Assembly: GCA_046290225.1 (NCBI GenBank) | Contig: JBKAGE010000070.1 | Coordinates: forward strand, 250,631 to 314,630 | Reading direction: 5' to 3' | Source of the DNA: Bradymonadia bacterium | GTDB lineage: Bacteria; Myxococcota_A; Bradymonadia; UBA7976; UBA1532 | DNA: 64,000 nucleotides | In this document: piece after piece, positions 8,589 through 18,817 of the stretch | Layout of the letters: every line of letters starts with the position of its first letter | Numbering within the stretch: the stretch's first letter is position 1 | Made by a program: the position numbers and the translations under genes | Notes under the pieces: generated by a model | The model's input: the letters and a program-made list of their open reading frames with translations, nothing else | Told to the model about the DNA's origin: nothing | The model's database searches: none

Positions 8589-10445
8589 TTACTCCTTCGT
8601 CAGGGGGTTGGCCTGGATCACCGAGGCCTGGTCTTCGGTGACGATGCTGTTGTCAGCGCCAGCGAGGGGGAACATCAAGTTGTTGCGGTCGGGGCAGTCG
8701 TTGGGGAACCCGGCGTTGCGACAGTCGGGGGTGTCGGCGAGGGGATCGGTGGTCTGCTGGTTCTGCTCCGTGGTGTGGAACAGGCCGATGTAGTGCCCCA
8801 CCTCGTGGGCCAGCACATTCCCGGTGAAGACATTGCCGTCCACCACTTGGCCGCCCCGCTCCTGGAACCGTGATCCGATGAACTCGCCGGTGAAGACCAC
8901 CCCGCTCGTCTGGGCGCCGTGCAGGCCCGCGGGGCCCGGCAGGCCCTGAGAGATGCCCAGCACCCCGCCGCCACCGGGCAGGGCGAAGGATCGGATGAAG
9001 ACGAGGTTGAGGCTGAGGGCGTCGTCGAGGGTGTCTCCGGGCAGCTCGGTGAGCTTGAGCACCTCGCCCACGTCACCCTGGCTACGGATCACCTGGAACC
9101 GCTGAGCGTCTTCACCCACAACGTCGATGTACCTGATCTCGCCGATCTCGATGCCTGCTGGGGCATACACCGACTCGAACTGGGCGAAGACCGCCTGCAT
9201 ATCGGGATCGTTGGGCGCGTTGTCGGCGGTGCGGCCGATGCCCACGAGGTAGACGTTGAAGTCGATGCGGGTACCGGGGCTCGACTCCTGCAGCGTGTAG
9301 TAGCACATGCGGGCGGAGTTGCTGTTGATGATGAAGGTGTGCTCGCCGGACTCGAGCTGATCAGCGTAGGCCCGAGTTGCCGGGACCACCGTAGGGCTCA
9401 CGGTGCCGAAGAGCTGCGCCGTGGCCCGCTGGAAGGCGTTGCCGCCGCGGAAGTTGATCACCTCGCCGCTGGGCAGGGCGATGCCTCGGGGGTCGACCTG
9501 CGTGCCGTCTTCGGAGAAAGGCACCACCATGTAGGCGCTGGTGTCGTCCTCGACGGTGAAGGGCAGGTCGAAACGCACACCGTCGTCGGGCTCGACGCAG
9601 GTGATGTCCACAGGCTGATCTTCGATCTCTTCCGGCGAGAGCAAAGGCTCATTGGGGTTGGGGAAGCACACCCCGATGCCCTGACCGAAGGGCTGGCAGA
9701 TGTATCCCTGCCGGCAATCGGAGGGGGCCCCGCAGATGCGCACGCAGAACTGCGGGTCATTGCTCACGAAGCATCGGTTGTCGACACTCTCGTCCGGACC
9801 ACGAGCGCAGTCCATGCGGTTCTGGCACCCCACGGTGGTGCAGAAGCCCCCGGGCCAGTCTTCGATGCAGGCACCACCGGCACACTGCCGGTCGTCATTG
9901 CAGGGCAGGCCGTCGATGCGGCCGTCGTTCTCGTCGCCGGGCAGGCAGACCGGGCGACCGTCGGCGTCGGCACATGCGTAACCAAAGCGACAGTCCTCGG
10001 GACCACAACTCTGGGCGCAGAACGAGCCCTCGGCCTCTTCGATGCACACCGCGCCATCTGGGCACCCGGTCTCGAGGCAACCCTCGACGGCGCAGTAGCC
10101 CTCGGGCCACTCCGGCCCGGTCAGACACGTGCCTTCGGCACAATCGTCGTCATCGACGCAGGGCTCTCCGGGCCCGCTGGCCTCCACAAGTGGCTCTGCG
10201 TCGGGTACTTCAGCGTCAGGGGCAGGCATGCCACCCAGACCACCTGCGCCTCCGACCTCGCCCCCCATGCCACCGGTGACTTCACCGCCAGTGCCTCCAG
10301 CGCCGCCTGGAGAGGCGTCGCCCTCCCCTTCACCCACGCTGGCGTCGGCCTGCGGCTCTGGATCATCAGTGGAAGAGGCGTCTTCGACACACCCCCAAGC
10401 GCTCCAGGTGAGGAGCAGCAAGGCGAGCGCCCGGCGATCGATCAT
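8589..10445 (-). CDS. Lipoprotein with Cys-rich repeats and C-terminal M43/pappalysin-like zinc metalloprotease
   Basis: MIDRRALALLLLTWSAWGC lipoprotein signal; Gly-rich linker; C-x4-C-xx-G-x-C...GYC repeats; HEVGHYIGLFHT zinc motif, DTP and NLM Met-turn. Confidence 0.85.
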   Translation of the reverse strand: MIDRRALALLLLTWSAWGCVEDASSTDDPEPQADASVGEGEGDASPGGAGGTGGEVTGGMGGEVGGAGGLGGMPAPDAEVPDAEPLVEASGPGEPCVDDDDCAEGTCLTGPEWPEGYCAVEGCLETGCPDGAVCIEEAEGSFCAQSCGPEDCRFGYACADADGRPVCLPGDENDGRIDGLPCNDDRQCAGGACIEDWPGGFCTTVGCQNRMDCARGPDESVDNRCFVSNDPQFCVRICGAPSDCRQGYICQPFGQGIGVCFPNPNEPLLSPEEIEDQPVDITCVEPDDGVRFDLPFTVEDDTSAYMVVPFSEDGTQVDPRGIALPSGEVINFRGGNAFQRATAQLFGTVSPTVVPATRAYADQLESGEHTFIINSNSARMCYYTLQESSPGTRIDFNVYLVGIGRTADNAPNDPDMQAVFAQFESVYAPAGIEIGEIRYIDVVGEDAQRFQVIRSQGDVGEVLKLTELPGDTLDDALSLNLVFIRSFALPGGGGVLGISQGLPGPAGLHGAQTSGVVFTGEFIGSRFQERGGQVVDGNVFTGNVLAHEVGHYIGLFHTTEQNQQTTDPLADTPDCRNAGFPNDCPDRNNLMFPLAGADNSIVTEDQASVIQANPLTKE

Positions 10446-10617
10446 GGAGATCTCCTGGAATGACAGAACAAGCGCACGCCTCACACGCAAGGGCCGGGCC
10501 ACATGATGCGTGCATATTCGCACGATATGTCGCCTCACCGATGCAACGCGGGCGCGCGAAGGGCCACTTTGAAGATTTGAATCCCCACCACAGCAAACTC
10601 CCCCACAGTGAGGGTCC

Positions 10618-12069
10618 ATGCTCCGCCCGATGCTCTACGCGCTCTGCATGCTGAGTCTGATCGCGTGCGACGACACCGCCGATGCAGATCCAGAAGAACA
10701 ACCTGACGGCGCCACAGATCTGTCAGATGCAGGCCCTGACACGCTGTCTGACGCCGCGCCGGATGCCGATGCACCTGATGGCGCCATGGCCCTGCCCTGC
10801 GCAGTATGGTTCAACGGCGAAGCTGCCCCCCTCGACACGCTGGAGGTGGGCGCCGGCAGCCGCATCGCCTTACAGGTGGAGTCTGCTGACGGCGTGGAGC
10901 GCGGCATCCCTCTGGTGCCTCCAGGCTGGTCCCTGGGGGGCCACCCCGAAGCCAACTGGGGCCTCGTGGCACCCTATACGCCTGTCGAACCTGACCCTGT
11001 GCTGAGGTGGCCCGTCAGATGCCCCGACGGCACCGAGTTCATGCTTGAGCAACCCCTCACGCTGCGCCCATTGACATGGTCTCGGACCTTTTTGTGGCTC
11101 GAAGGAGATGATGGCCCCCTCGCCCGCGAGTACTTCTCCATGTGGATCAACCCCACCAACACCGACGAGCTGTTGCTGTACGGGGGGTTCCACTATGTGC
11201 CGCAGCAATTCACCGTAGGCGACGATCTCTGGCTACGCGATCTGGTCTCGGGCCGCTGGCAACGGACTGAAACGCCAATGCTCACCCCCGCCACGGGTGG
11301 TGGGGGCTTGGCGTTGATCCCCGGAGAGGCCTCGGCGCTCTACTTTGGGGGCCTGCGCACGGAGGCAGGCGGATCTCAGATCCCAGGGGCGCTCTATCGC
11401 CTCGACTACGCCGACGAGCCACACACCTGGACGCCGCTCGAGCCCCTGGGGCTCCCAGAGTCGGGCAGCTACCAGCCCGCCTTCTTCTACGATACCCCTC
11501 GGGATCGATATCTTGCAGTGGGCGGGCAGCGACTGAACGGCACCCATATGGACGTCAGCCGCTTCTTCCTCCCGGAGATGAGCTGGGGCTCCGCTGAAGT
11601 GGCAGAGGGCGAAGCACCCACTGGCCGCACGGGCTTCTTCTGGGCCCATGACCCGGAGACAGAGCGTCTCTTCGTATTCAGCGGTGAGCAAGGCGGCGCC
11701 CCAAACTGCGACTGTGATCAAGAGACCTGGGCCCTCGAGCTCGCCGAGACGCCTATGCGCTGGGTGAAGCTGCGGCTCGACGATCCACCCGAGGGTCGCC
11801 GCAATGGGGCCTACGCCCTCGACCCCGTAGGTCACCGTCTCTTCGTGTGGGGTGGCACGCCAGATGGTATGAACGCATCAGAAGGGGTCTTCGCACTGCA
11901 CCTGGGGCGCAACGAAGAGCGCTGGGTCCGGGTGCCGATAGAAGGCGAGGCGCCACCACCACGGGCCTCTGGTGCCATGGTCTTCGATGGGGCTCGCAGC
12001 CGCATGTTGATGGGCTTCGGCAACAGCACTGCGGGGGTGTTTGCCGATTTGTGGTCGCTCGGGCTCTGA
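10618..12069 (+). CDS. Kelch-like beta-propeller lipoprotein
   Basis: Lipobox LIAC; repeated LYGG/YFGG/VWGG...W blades. Confidence 0.8.
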   Translation: MLRPMLYALCMLSLIACDDTADADPEEQPDGATDLSDAGPDTLSDAAPDADAPDGAMALPCAVWFNGEAAPLDTLEVGAGSRIALQVESADGVERGIPLVPPGWSLGGHPEANWGLVAPYTPVEPDPVLRWPVRCPDGTEFMLEQPLTLRPLTWSRTFLWLEGDDGPLAREYFSMWINPTNTDELLLYGGFHYVPQQFTVGDDLWLRDLVSGRWQRTETPMLTPATGGGGLALIPGEASALYFGGLRTEAGGSQIPGALYRLDYADEPHTWTPLEPLGLPESGSYQPAFFYDTPRDRYLAVGGQRLNGTHMDVSRFFLPEMSWGSAEVAEGEAPTGRTGFFWAHDPETERLFVFSGEQGGAPNCDCDQETWALELAETPMRWVKLRLDDPPEGRRNGAYALDPVGHRLFVWGGTPDGMNASEGVFALHLGRNEERWVRVPIEGEAPPPRASGAMVFDGARSRMLMGFGNSTAGVFADLWSLGL

Positions 12070-12099
12070 TGCCGCTGCAGCGGCATCAGAATCACCGCA

Positions 12100-13467
12100 T
12101 CACTGCCCCACGGCAGTCTCTACGTCACCCACAGTCTTGGGCGCCCCGGCTGTGAGCACCTTCGGCGCGCCCGCAGCCTGAATCAGGATGTCGTCCTCGA
12201 TCCGAATCCCCCGGACATCGGCAAACTTCGCCAACACCGTACGATCGAGGCGATCACCGGCTATGGCGGTGCGCGCGGCATCGTTCAGGATGGCCGGCAC
12301 CTGGTAGAATCCCGGCTCGATGGTCACCGCCATCCCCGCCTGCAGGTCCCGGTCGAGGCGCAAGAAGCCCAGGCCAAAGCGGTCGCTGCGCACTCGGCCT
12401 GCTGCGTAGCCCGCGGCGTCACCGAGATCTTCCATGTCGTGCACGTCGAGGCCCAGCAAATGCCCCACACCGTGCGGGAAGAACAGCGCATGCACGTCAT
12501 CGGCCACGAGCGTGTCGACGTCGCCCTTGAGGATGCCCAGATCGACGAGGCCTGCGGTGAGCACCCGAGCGGCTTCGAGGTGCACGTCGCGATAGCGCAC
12601 CCCCACCCTCGCAGTGTCGATGGCCGCCAGCTGGCTGGCGAGGACCACCTCGTAGATCGCCTTCTGGGTCGGTGAGAACTGCCCCGAGACCGGCCAGGTC
12701 CGGGTGACGTCGCCGGCCCAGCCGTCGGCGGTCTCAGCCCCAACATCGACGAGCAGCAGATCGCCTGCCTGCATGATGTTGTCGTGGTGGTGGTTGTGCA
12801 GCACCTCGCCGTGCACGCTCACGATGGGCCCGTATGAGGTGGTGCAGCGGCGGCGTCCGAGGGCCGCCACCATCTCCGCCGTCACCACCCACTCTCCCAT
12901 GCCTGGCCGTGTTGCCGACATGCCCGCCACGTGGGCCGCCACGGTGGCCTCTGCGGCCTCGGTGAGGCCCGCGATGGCCTGGGCGTCGTGCACCAGCCGC
13001 GTGTCGATCATGGCCTGAGCCACAGCGGCGTTGGCCTCGGGCTCTGCCGTGGGCACGAGCTCGAGGGTGCGGGCCGTGGTGACCGGATCTTGAGCAGCGA
13101 GCACCCCCAACGTGCGCTCGCTCACCGCAGCAGGCAGCGCCTCGAGAGGCCTCACAGGCAGGCCCAGACGCTCGGCGAGGGCGTCCAGAGGCTCTGTGGG
13201 GCCGTGCCAGAGGGCGTCGTCGGCGTCCGGAGCTCGGGCGTACAGCGTGGCACCACTGGGATCAACGATGAGCCATGCCCCCTCGACGCCTTCGCCGATG
13301 AGGTACCAGAAGTGGCTCGAGGGCCTGTACGGCCACGTGTTCGCAGGATAGTTCCGAGGTGCCGCCGCCCCTGCGGGCACGAGGGCCGAGTGGCCGCCGA
13401 GCCGGTCGGCGAAGGCGCGACGACGTCGAGCGCAGGCCTCGACGAGAGCAGCAGATGCACGGTGCAT
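12100..13467 (-). CDS. pepP: Xaa-Pro aminopeptidase (M24B)
   Basis: LLLVDVG, DVTRTWP, FPHGVGHLLGLDVHD, TIEPGFY, GIRIEDD. Confidence 0.93.
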   Translation of the reverse strand: MHRASAALVEACARRRRAFADRLGGHSALVPAGAAAPRNYPANTWPYRPSSHFWYLIGEGVEGAWLIVDPSGATLYARAPDADDALWHGPTEPLDALAERLGLPVRPLEALPAAVSERTLGVLAAQDPVTTARTLELVPTAEPEANAAVAQAMIDTRLVHDAQAIAGLTEAAEATVAAHVAGMSATRPGMGEWVVTAEMVAALGRRRCTTSYGPIVSVHGEVLHNHHHDNIMQAGDLLLVDVGAETADGWAGDVTRTWPVSGQFSPTQKAIYEVVLASQLAAIDTARVGVRYRDVHLEAARVLTAGLVDLGILKGDVDTLVADDVHALFFPHGVGHLLGLDVHDMEDLGDAAGYAAGRVRSDRFGLGFLRLDRDLQAGMAVTIEPGFYQVPAILNDAARTAIAGDRLDRTVLAKFADVRGIRIEDDILIQAAGAPKVLTAGAPKTVGDVETAVGQ

Positions 13468-13563
13468 GGAGGCTCCTGGGTTGATTCTGATCGTTCCGGT
13501 GTACTGTAGTCTCTCCCGCTGACAGTTGCACCACCGGGTGCTGAAGGATTATCTCTACCCCCC

Positions 13564-14805
13564 ATGATGGGCCTGACCATCCTCTCCACCACCGCCGCAG
13601 CCCTCATCACCCTCGGGGTTCTGGAGCAGCGGCGCCACCTGAAGGCCTTGGGGCAGATCCCCATCCGCATTCATGTGAACGGCACCCGGGGCAAGAGCAG
13701 CGTCACCCGCCTCATCGCCGCAGGGCTCAGAGCAGGTGGCATACGCACTGTGGCCAAGACCACCGGCACGCTGCCGCGGCTCATCGGGCCCGACGGCACC
13801 GAGCGCCCCATCGAGCGCCCGGGCCGCGCCAACGTCATCGAGCAGATTCACATCGTGGCCCGAGCTGCAGAGGCCGGCGCCGAGGCCCTCGTGGTGGAGT
13901 GCATGGCGCTGCAGCCCTACCTGCAGTGGCTCAGCGAGTCCCGGTTCATCAAGGCCACCCACGGCGTGATCACCAACGCCAGGCCTGACCACCTCGACGT
14001 GATGGGCCCCTCGGAGATCGACGTGGCCAGAGCCCTCGCCGGCATGGTGCCCACCACTGCAGGGGCCACGCTCTACACCGCTGAGCGAGATCACATCGAC
14101 GTCATCGCCCACGCGTGCACTGACAGAGGGGCGCGCCTCGTCGACATCGACGCCTCGGCGCTGCCACAGCTCGCCCCCGAGATCACCACCCCCCTCGAGG
14201 GGTTCCCCTACCTCGCCCATGGCGACAACGTGGCCCTCGCCCTCAAGATCTGCGTCGATCTCGGCGTTGATCCCCAGGTGGCCTTGGAGGGCATGTGGGG
14301 GGTGACGCCTGATCCCGGCGCCACCACGGTACACACCCTCGAGGTCGACGGGCGGCCGGTGGTGTTCTACAACGGCTTCGCCGCCAATGATCCCGAATCC
14401 ACTGAAGCCCTGTGGCGCATGGCCCTCGAACGACACCCTGACCTCGACGCCTCTGTGGCCCTGATCAACTGCCGGGCCGACCGACACGATCGCAGCCGCC
14501 AGCTGGGAGAGGCCATTGGACGGTGGCCCCTCGCCGACGAGGTGGCCCTCATGGGATCTGGCACTGACCTGTTCGCCCGAGCGGCCCACCACGTCGGGGT
14601 GCCCGATGCGCACGTCACTCACGTAGAGCATTTGTCTGCCATAGAGCTGGTGGCCCATCTGCTGGGTCGGCACACAGGGGGCCTGCTCATCGTCGGCATG
14701 GGCAACATCGGCGGCCTCGGGCTGCCTGTGGTCGACGCCTTTCGCGCACTTGATCCCACGTTGCTCGCCTCTGAGCCCGAGTCTCCTGGAGAGGCCGCCT
14801 CATGA
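13564..14805 (+). CDS. pgsB: Poly-gamma-glutamate synthase
   Basis: RIHVNGTRGKSSVTRLIAAGL, AKTTGT, ECMALQP, ITNARPDHLDVMGP, FAANDPEST. Confidence 0.93.
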   Translation: MMGLTILSTTAAALITLGVLEQRRHLKALGQIPIRIHVNGTRGKSSVTRLIAAGLRAGGIRTVAKTTGTLPRLIGPDGTERPIERPGRANVIEQIHIVARAAEAGAEALVVECMALQPYLQWLSESRFIKATHGVITNARPDHLDVMGPSEIDVARALAGMVPTTAGATLYTAERDHIDVIAHACTDRGARLVDIDASALPQLAPEITTPLEGFPYLAHGDNVALALKICVDLGVDPQVALEGMWGVTPDPGATTVHTLEVDGRPVVFYNGFAANDPESTEALWRMALERHPDLDASVALINCRADRHDRSRQLGEAIGRWPLADEVALMGSGTDLFARAAHHVGVPDAHVTHVEHLSAIELVAHLLGRHTGGLLIVGMGNIGGLGLPVVDAFRALDPTLLASEPESPGEAAS

Positions 14806-15263
14806 TCAGCTGGCTGCCGATCTCCGTGGGCTTGGGGCTGGCCATCAGCCTCTTGTTCTCCGAGGCCTTTGGCCTCGCCGCAGGGGGCCTCGTGGTACCC
14901 GGCTACCTCGCCATCGCCTTCAGCCGGCCTCTCATGGTGGTCTCCACCCTCGGCGCAGGGGTCATCGCCGCCCTCATCGTGCAGGGGTTGTCCTCGGTGA
15001 TGATTCTGTACGGTCGCCGTCGGACCGCCCTCACCCTGCTCATCGGCTACCTCATCGGGCTTTCGCTCGCCCCCCTCGCCCCACAGCTCGGCGGCCCCTC
15101 TGATCTGTATGCGGTCGTGGGCTTCATCCTGCCGGGCCTTGTTGCCCTGTGGTGCTTGCGGCAGGGGTATCGAGAGACGGTGGCCTCGGTGCTCCTCGTC
15201 TCTGCAGCGGTGCGGCTGCTGCTGATTCTGCTCGGCGCGCCGATTCTCGAGGGGGCAGGATGA
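14802..15263 (+). CDS. pgsC: Poly-gamma-glutamate biosynthesis membrane protein
   Basis: GLAAGGLVVPGYLA, LYGRRR, GFILPGLVA; ATGA overlap with pgsB. Confidence 0.92.
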   Translation: MISWLPISVGLGLAISLLFSEAFGLAAGGLVVPGYLAIAFSRPLMVVSTLGAGVIAALIVQGLSSVMILYGRRRTALTLLIGYLIGLSLAPLAPQLGGPSDLYAVVGFILPGLVALWCLRQGYRETVASVLLVSAAVRLLLILLGAPILEGAG

Positions 15264-16384
15264 AAGCGCTCTACTGGCGTGGCCGCCACCCGTCTCTCTG
15301 GGTGCTGCTCGTGGCCACGTGCTGGATGGTGGGCTCTACAGTGCTCGTGGAGCGCTGGCCTGAGCAGGTGGAGCAGTCCGGTCACGCGGGGAAGATCGCC
15401 GCCGCGGAGAAAGCAAAGGCGGCCTTCGAGCACATCAAGGGCGCGCGGGGGCACCTCGGGGTGGCCATCGACGCACGGCTCGACCCGCAAGGCTCGGGGC
15501 TCATCGGCGCCCCCATGAGCCCGGTGACCAGCAACAGCGGGCACTTGCCGGCGAAGCAGACCAGCATCAACCCCAACTTCGCCGCGGTGATCTATGGCCA
15601 GCTGCAACAGGCAGGCGTAGAGCGGGGTGATCTGGTGGCTGTGGGCGTCTCGGGCTCGTTCCCAGCACTCAACATCTGCACCTATGCCGCCCTCGAGACC
15701 CTCGGCGCCCGGCCGCTGGTGCTCGCCAGCGCCTCTGCATCGCAGTTCGGCGCCAACCTGCCAGAGCTGATGTGGCTCGACATGGAGCGAGTGCTCGCAG
15801 ATGCACAGGTGCTCACCACCCGAGCGTCGGGGGCCAGCCTCGGCGGCATTCAGGATCAAGCCCTGGGCATGGATGCCAAAGGGCGCGCGCTGTTGAAACA
15901 GGCCATGGCCCGCAACAACGTGCCCTTCATCGGCCTCGAGACCACGAGTGATCGGCCCCTCGACCTGAAGCCCGCGGTGGACGATCGTATCGCCCGATAC
16001 CGCGCAGCGGCTTCGGGCCAGCCCATCAAGGCGTACATCAACGTCGGCGGCAGCACCGTCTCCCTCGGCGGCACAGAGGGTCGGCGGGCCTTCAAGCCCG
16101 GACTCAACGCCGATCCGATCCTCGGGATAGAAGAGATCCCTGGGGTGATGGCCCGCTTTGCCGCAGAAGAGGTGCCGGTCATCCACCTTGCACAGGTGGA
16201 AGAGCTGGCCCGTCTCGAAGGGCTCCCGCTCCGCCCGCAGGTCGCACCTGCCGTGGGTGAAGGGGGGATCTACATCAAGGGAGAGCCCAGAGGCTGGCTC
16301 GCAGTGCTCTGTCTGATCATCGGCATCGCGCTGCTGGTCCTCGGGGACAAGCGCACGGGCCACACAGGGCAGACATCAAATTGA
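15260..16384 (+). CDS. pgsW: Poly-gamma-glutamate system protein PgsW
   Basis: GLIG..S.VT...G.L.AKQTS.NPNFAA, SGSFPALNI, ASQFGAN, YINVGG; ATGA overlap with pgsC. Confidence 0.85.
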   Translation: MKALYWRGRHPSLWVLLVATCWMVGSTVLVERWPEQVEQSGHAGKIAAAEKAKAAFEHIKGARGHLGVAIDARLDPQGSGLIGAPMSPVTSNSGHLPAKQTSINPNFAAVIYGQLQQAGVERGDLVAVGVSGSFPALNICTYAALETLGARPLVLASASASQFGANLPELMWLDMERVLADAQVLTTRASGASLGGIQDQALGMDAKGRALLKQAMARNNVPFIGLETTSDRPLDLKPAVDDRIARYRAAASGQPIKAYINVGGSTVSLGGTEGRRAFKPGLNADPILGIEEIPGVMARFAAEEVPVIHLAQVEELARLEGLPLRPQVAPAVGEGGIYIKGEPRGWLAVLCLIIGIALLVLGDKRTGHTGQTSN

Positions 16385-16466
16385 GCCGCAGAGCCGCAGG
16401 GCCACGAGGCCCCGCTCGAAGGTCAGCGCTGAACATCACCCGCCCCGTGAAGAGGCGGGATGACGC

Positions 16467-16748
16467 TCAGCCCCGGGCCTTGCGGATGCGGGTGCGGATG
16501 GCCCGAGCGCGCTTCGAGAGCACGTCGACGGGCTGCCTCATGATGAACTGGTCGAAGCCACCGACGTGATCGATGGACCGCAGGGTGTTGGCGGCCACGC
16601 TCAGGGTCACGAAGGTCTGCAGGGTGTCACTGTAAAGACGGCGGCGCTGCAGGTTGGGCTTGACCCACCGCTTGGTCTTGATGTGAGAGTGGCTGAGCAG
16701 GTTCTTGACGATGGGGCCTTTGCCGGTCAGCTCGCAACGGTGTGCCAT
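16467..16748 (-). CDS. rpmB: 50S ribosomal protein L28 (long form, no CxxC)
   Basis: RCELTGK, SHSHIKTKR, PNLQ, LRSIDHVGGFD. Confidence 0.92.
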   Translation of the reverse strand: MAHRCELTGKGPIVKNLLSHSHIKTKRWVKPNLQRRRLYSDTLQTFVTLSVAANTLRSIDHVGGFDQFIMRQPVDVLSKRARAIRTRIRKARG

Positions 16749-16853
16749 GATAATTCTCCAGCCCCCTAAGGGCAGTGTCTGTCACGATAGCCGGGGGGGT
16801 ATACACGATCCCGGACCCCGAAGTCGAGGGGTAGAGACGAGTGAGAGGTAGAA

Positions 16854-17918
16854 ATGAGTGAGATTCAGCCCCCCGCAGCAGCGGGCCCGGTCCGGGAGGC
16901 CCACCGATTCGACGAGGCGGCCCTCGCCCGGTGGATGTCGGAAAACGTCGAGGACTTCGAAGGCCCGTTGACCGTTCGGCAGTTCAAGGGGGGCCAGAGC
17001 AACCCGACTTTCTGGCTCGGCAGCCCCTCAGGGCGTTACGTCATGCGCAAGAAGCCCCCGGGCAAGCTGCTGCCCTCGGCCCACGCCATCGAGCGGGAGT
17101 ACCGCATCATGCACGCCCTCGCCGACACCGACGTGCCCGTGGCCCGCGTGCACGGCCTGTGCGAGGACAGCAGCCTCATCGGTACCCCTTTCTTCGTCAT
17201 GGATCACGTCGAGGGGCGCATCTTCTGGAACGTACAGCTGCCAGACATGCCGCCAGAAGAGCGCACGGCCATCTACGCAGAGATGCTCCGGGTGCTCGCC
17301 GCCCTGCACAGCGTGGACTTCGAGGCTGTCGGTCTCGGAGATTATGGGAAGGTCGGCGGCTATGTGGCCCGGCAGGTGCGCCGCTGGACGAAGCAGTACG
17401 AGGCCTCGGTCACCGACGACATCCCCGCCATGAACGCGCTCGGCGCCTGGCTCGCCGAGCACGTCCCTGACGCCGAAGGCGACGAGACCACGCTCACGCA
17501 CGGCGACTTCCGCCTCGACAACCTGATCTTTCACCCCACAGAGCCTCGTGTGCTCGCGGTCATCGACTGGGAGCTCTCCACCCTGGGGCACCCCATCTCC
17601 GATCTGGCCTATGGCGCCATGCTCTACCACATCGTGATGCCTGGGGTGGGTGGCCTCGAGGGGGTGGACTACGCCGCCACGGGGATCCCCGACGAAGACA
17701 CCTATGTGGCGCGCTATTGTACCCACACCGAGCGAGACGAGATCGCCCACTGGGCCTACTACAAGGCTTTCTCCTTGTTCAGGCTCGCCTCGATCCTCCA
17801 AGGGGTCTATGCCCGCAGCCTGCAGGGGAACGCCAGCTCGGAGAACGCCGGGATGTACGGTGCCGCTGTGCACGTGCTCGCGGGGATCGCCTGTCGGATC
17901 GCCGGCGTCAGCGTATAA
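16854..17918 (+). CDS. APH/ACAD10-like phosphotransferase family protein
   Basis: QFKGGQSNPT, LLPSAHAIEREY, HGDFRLDN, IDWELSTLG. Confidence 0.9.
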   Translation: MSEIQPPAAAGPVREAHRFDEAALARWMSENVEDFEGPLTVRQFKGGQSNPTFWLGSPSGRYVMRKKPPGKLLPSAHAIEREYRIMHALADTDVPVARVHGLCEDSSLIGTPFFVMDHVEGRIFWNVQLPDMPPEERTAIYAEMLRVLAALHSVDFEAVGLGDYGKVGGYVARQVRRWTKQYEASVTDDIPAMNALGAWLAEHVPDAEGDETTLTHGDFRLDNLIFHPTEPRVLAVIDWELSTLGHPISDLAYGAMLYHIVMPGVGGLEGVDYAATGIPDEDTYVARYCTHTERDEIAHWAYYKAFSLFRLASILQGVYARSLQGNASSENAGMYGAAVHVLAGIACRIAGVSV

Positions 17919-18013
17919 GGTAGGCCTCATCGGCATCAGCGCCCCTGCGTCGAGCCGACCACATCGATTTTTCAGACACGACACCGCAGCGCTTCCGCTC
18001 GGTTGGAGCCTCT

Positions 18014-18646
18014 ATGCCCAGTGAAGTCCACACCATCGACCACCCCCTGATTCAGCACAAGCTGACCCTGATGCGCCGCAAGGGCACGAGCACCAGCAAC
18101 TTCAGGGCCCTGCTCGCCGAGATCAGCACCCTGCTCGCCTATGAGGTGACCCGCGATCTGCCCACCACCATGCACGAGATCGAGACCCCACTGGCGAAGA
18201 TGAAGGCCCCGGTCCTCGACGGGAAGAAGATCGTGCTCATCTCGATCTTGCGGGCGGGGAACGGGCTGCTCGACGGCATGCTCCGCATCCTGCCCTCTGC
18301 CCGAGTGGGTCATGTGGGCCTGTATCGAGATCACCAGACCCTCGAGGCGGTGGAGTACTACTTCAAGGTGCCCCACGAGATGGAGAACCGCGACGTGATC
18401 GTGCTCGATCCGATGCTGGCCACGGGGAACTCCGCAGTGGCCGCCGTGGAGCGCATCAAGAAGACCCTGCCCCGCTCGATGAAGTTCGTGTGCCTGCTCG
18501 CTGCCCCCGAAGGCATCGAGGCGTTCCACGCAGTTCACCCCGACGTGCCCATCTTCACCGCCGCCGTGGACGAATATCTCAACGAGAAGAGCTACATCGT
18601 GCCGGGCCTCGGCGACGCAGGCGATCGACTCTTCGGTACCCGCTGA
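18014..18646 (+). CDS. upp: Uracil phosphoribosyltransferase
   Basis: [38 protein letters not shown]. Confidence 0.96.
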   Translation: MPSEVHTIDHPLIQHKLTLMRRKGTSTSNFRALLAEISTLLAYEVTRDLPTTMHEIETPLAKMKAPVLDGKKIVLISILRAGNGLLDGMLRILPSARVGHVGLYRDHQTLEAVEYYFKVPHEMENRDVIVLDPMLATGNSAVAAVERIKKTLPRSMKFVCLLAAPEGIEAFHAVHPDVPIFTAAVDEYLNEKSYIVPGLGDAGDRLFGTR

Positions 18647-18817
18647 TCGTGTGCAGTGATTTTGCGTGTGCACACGGGGTGCACATGTGCACATCACGAC
18701 AAACACGCAGCAAAATCATCCACATTCTCTAAAATCACCACCCAAATCAGGTGAGGTCTACTGGCATCGACCTTGCTCTGCACACAGGCATCAATCAGTT
18801 CGATCGTGGAGCCTGTG

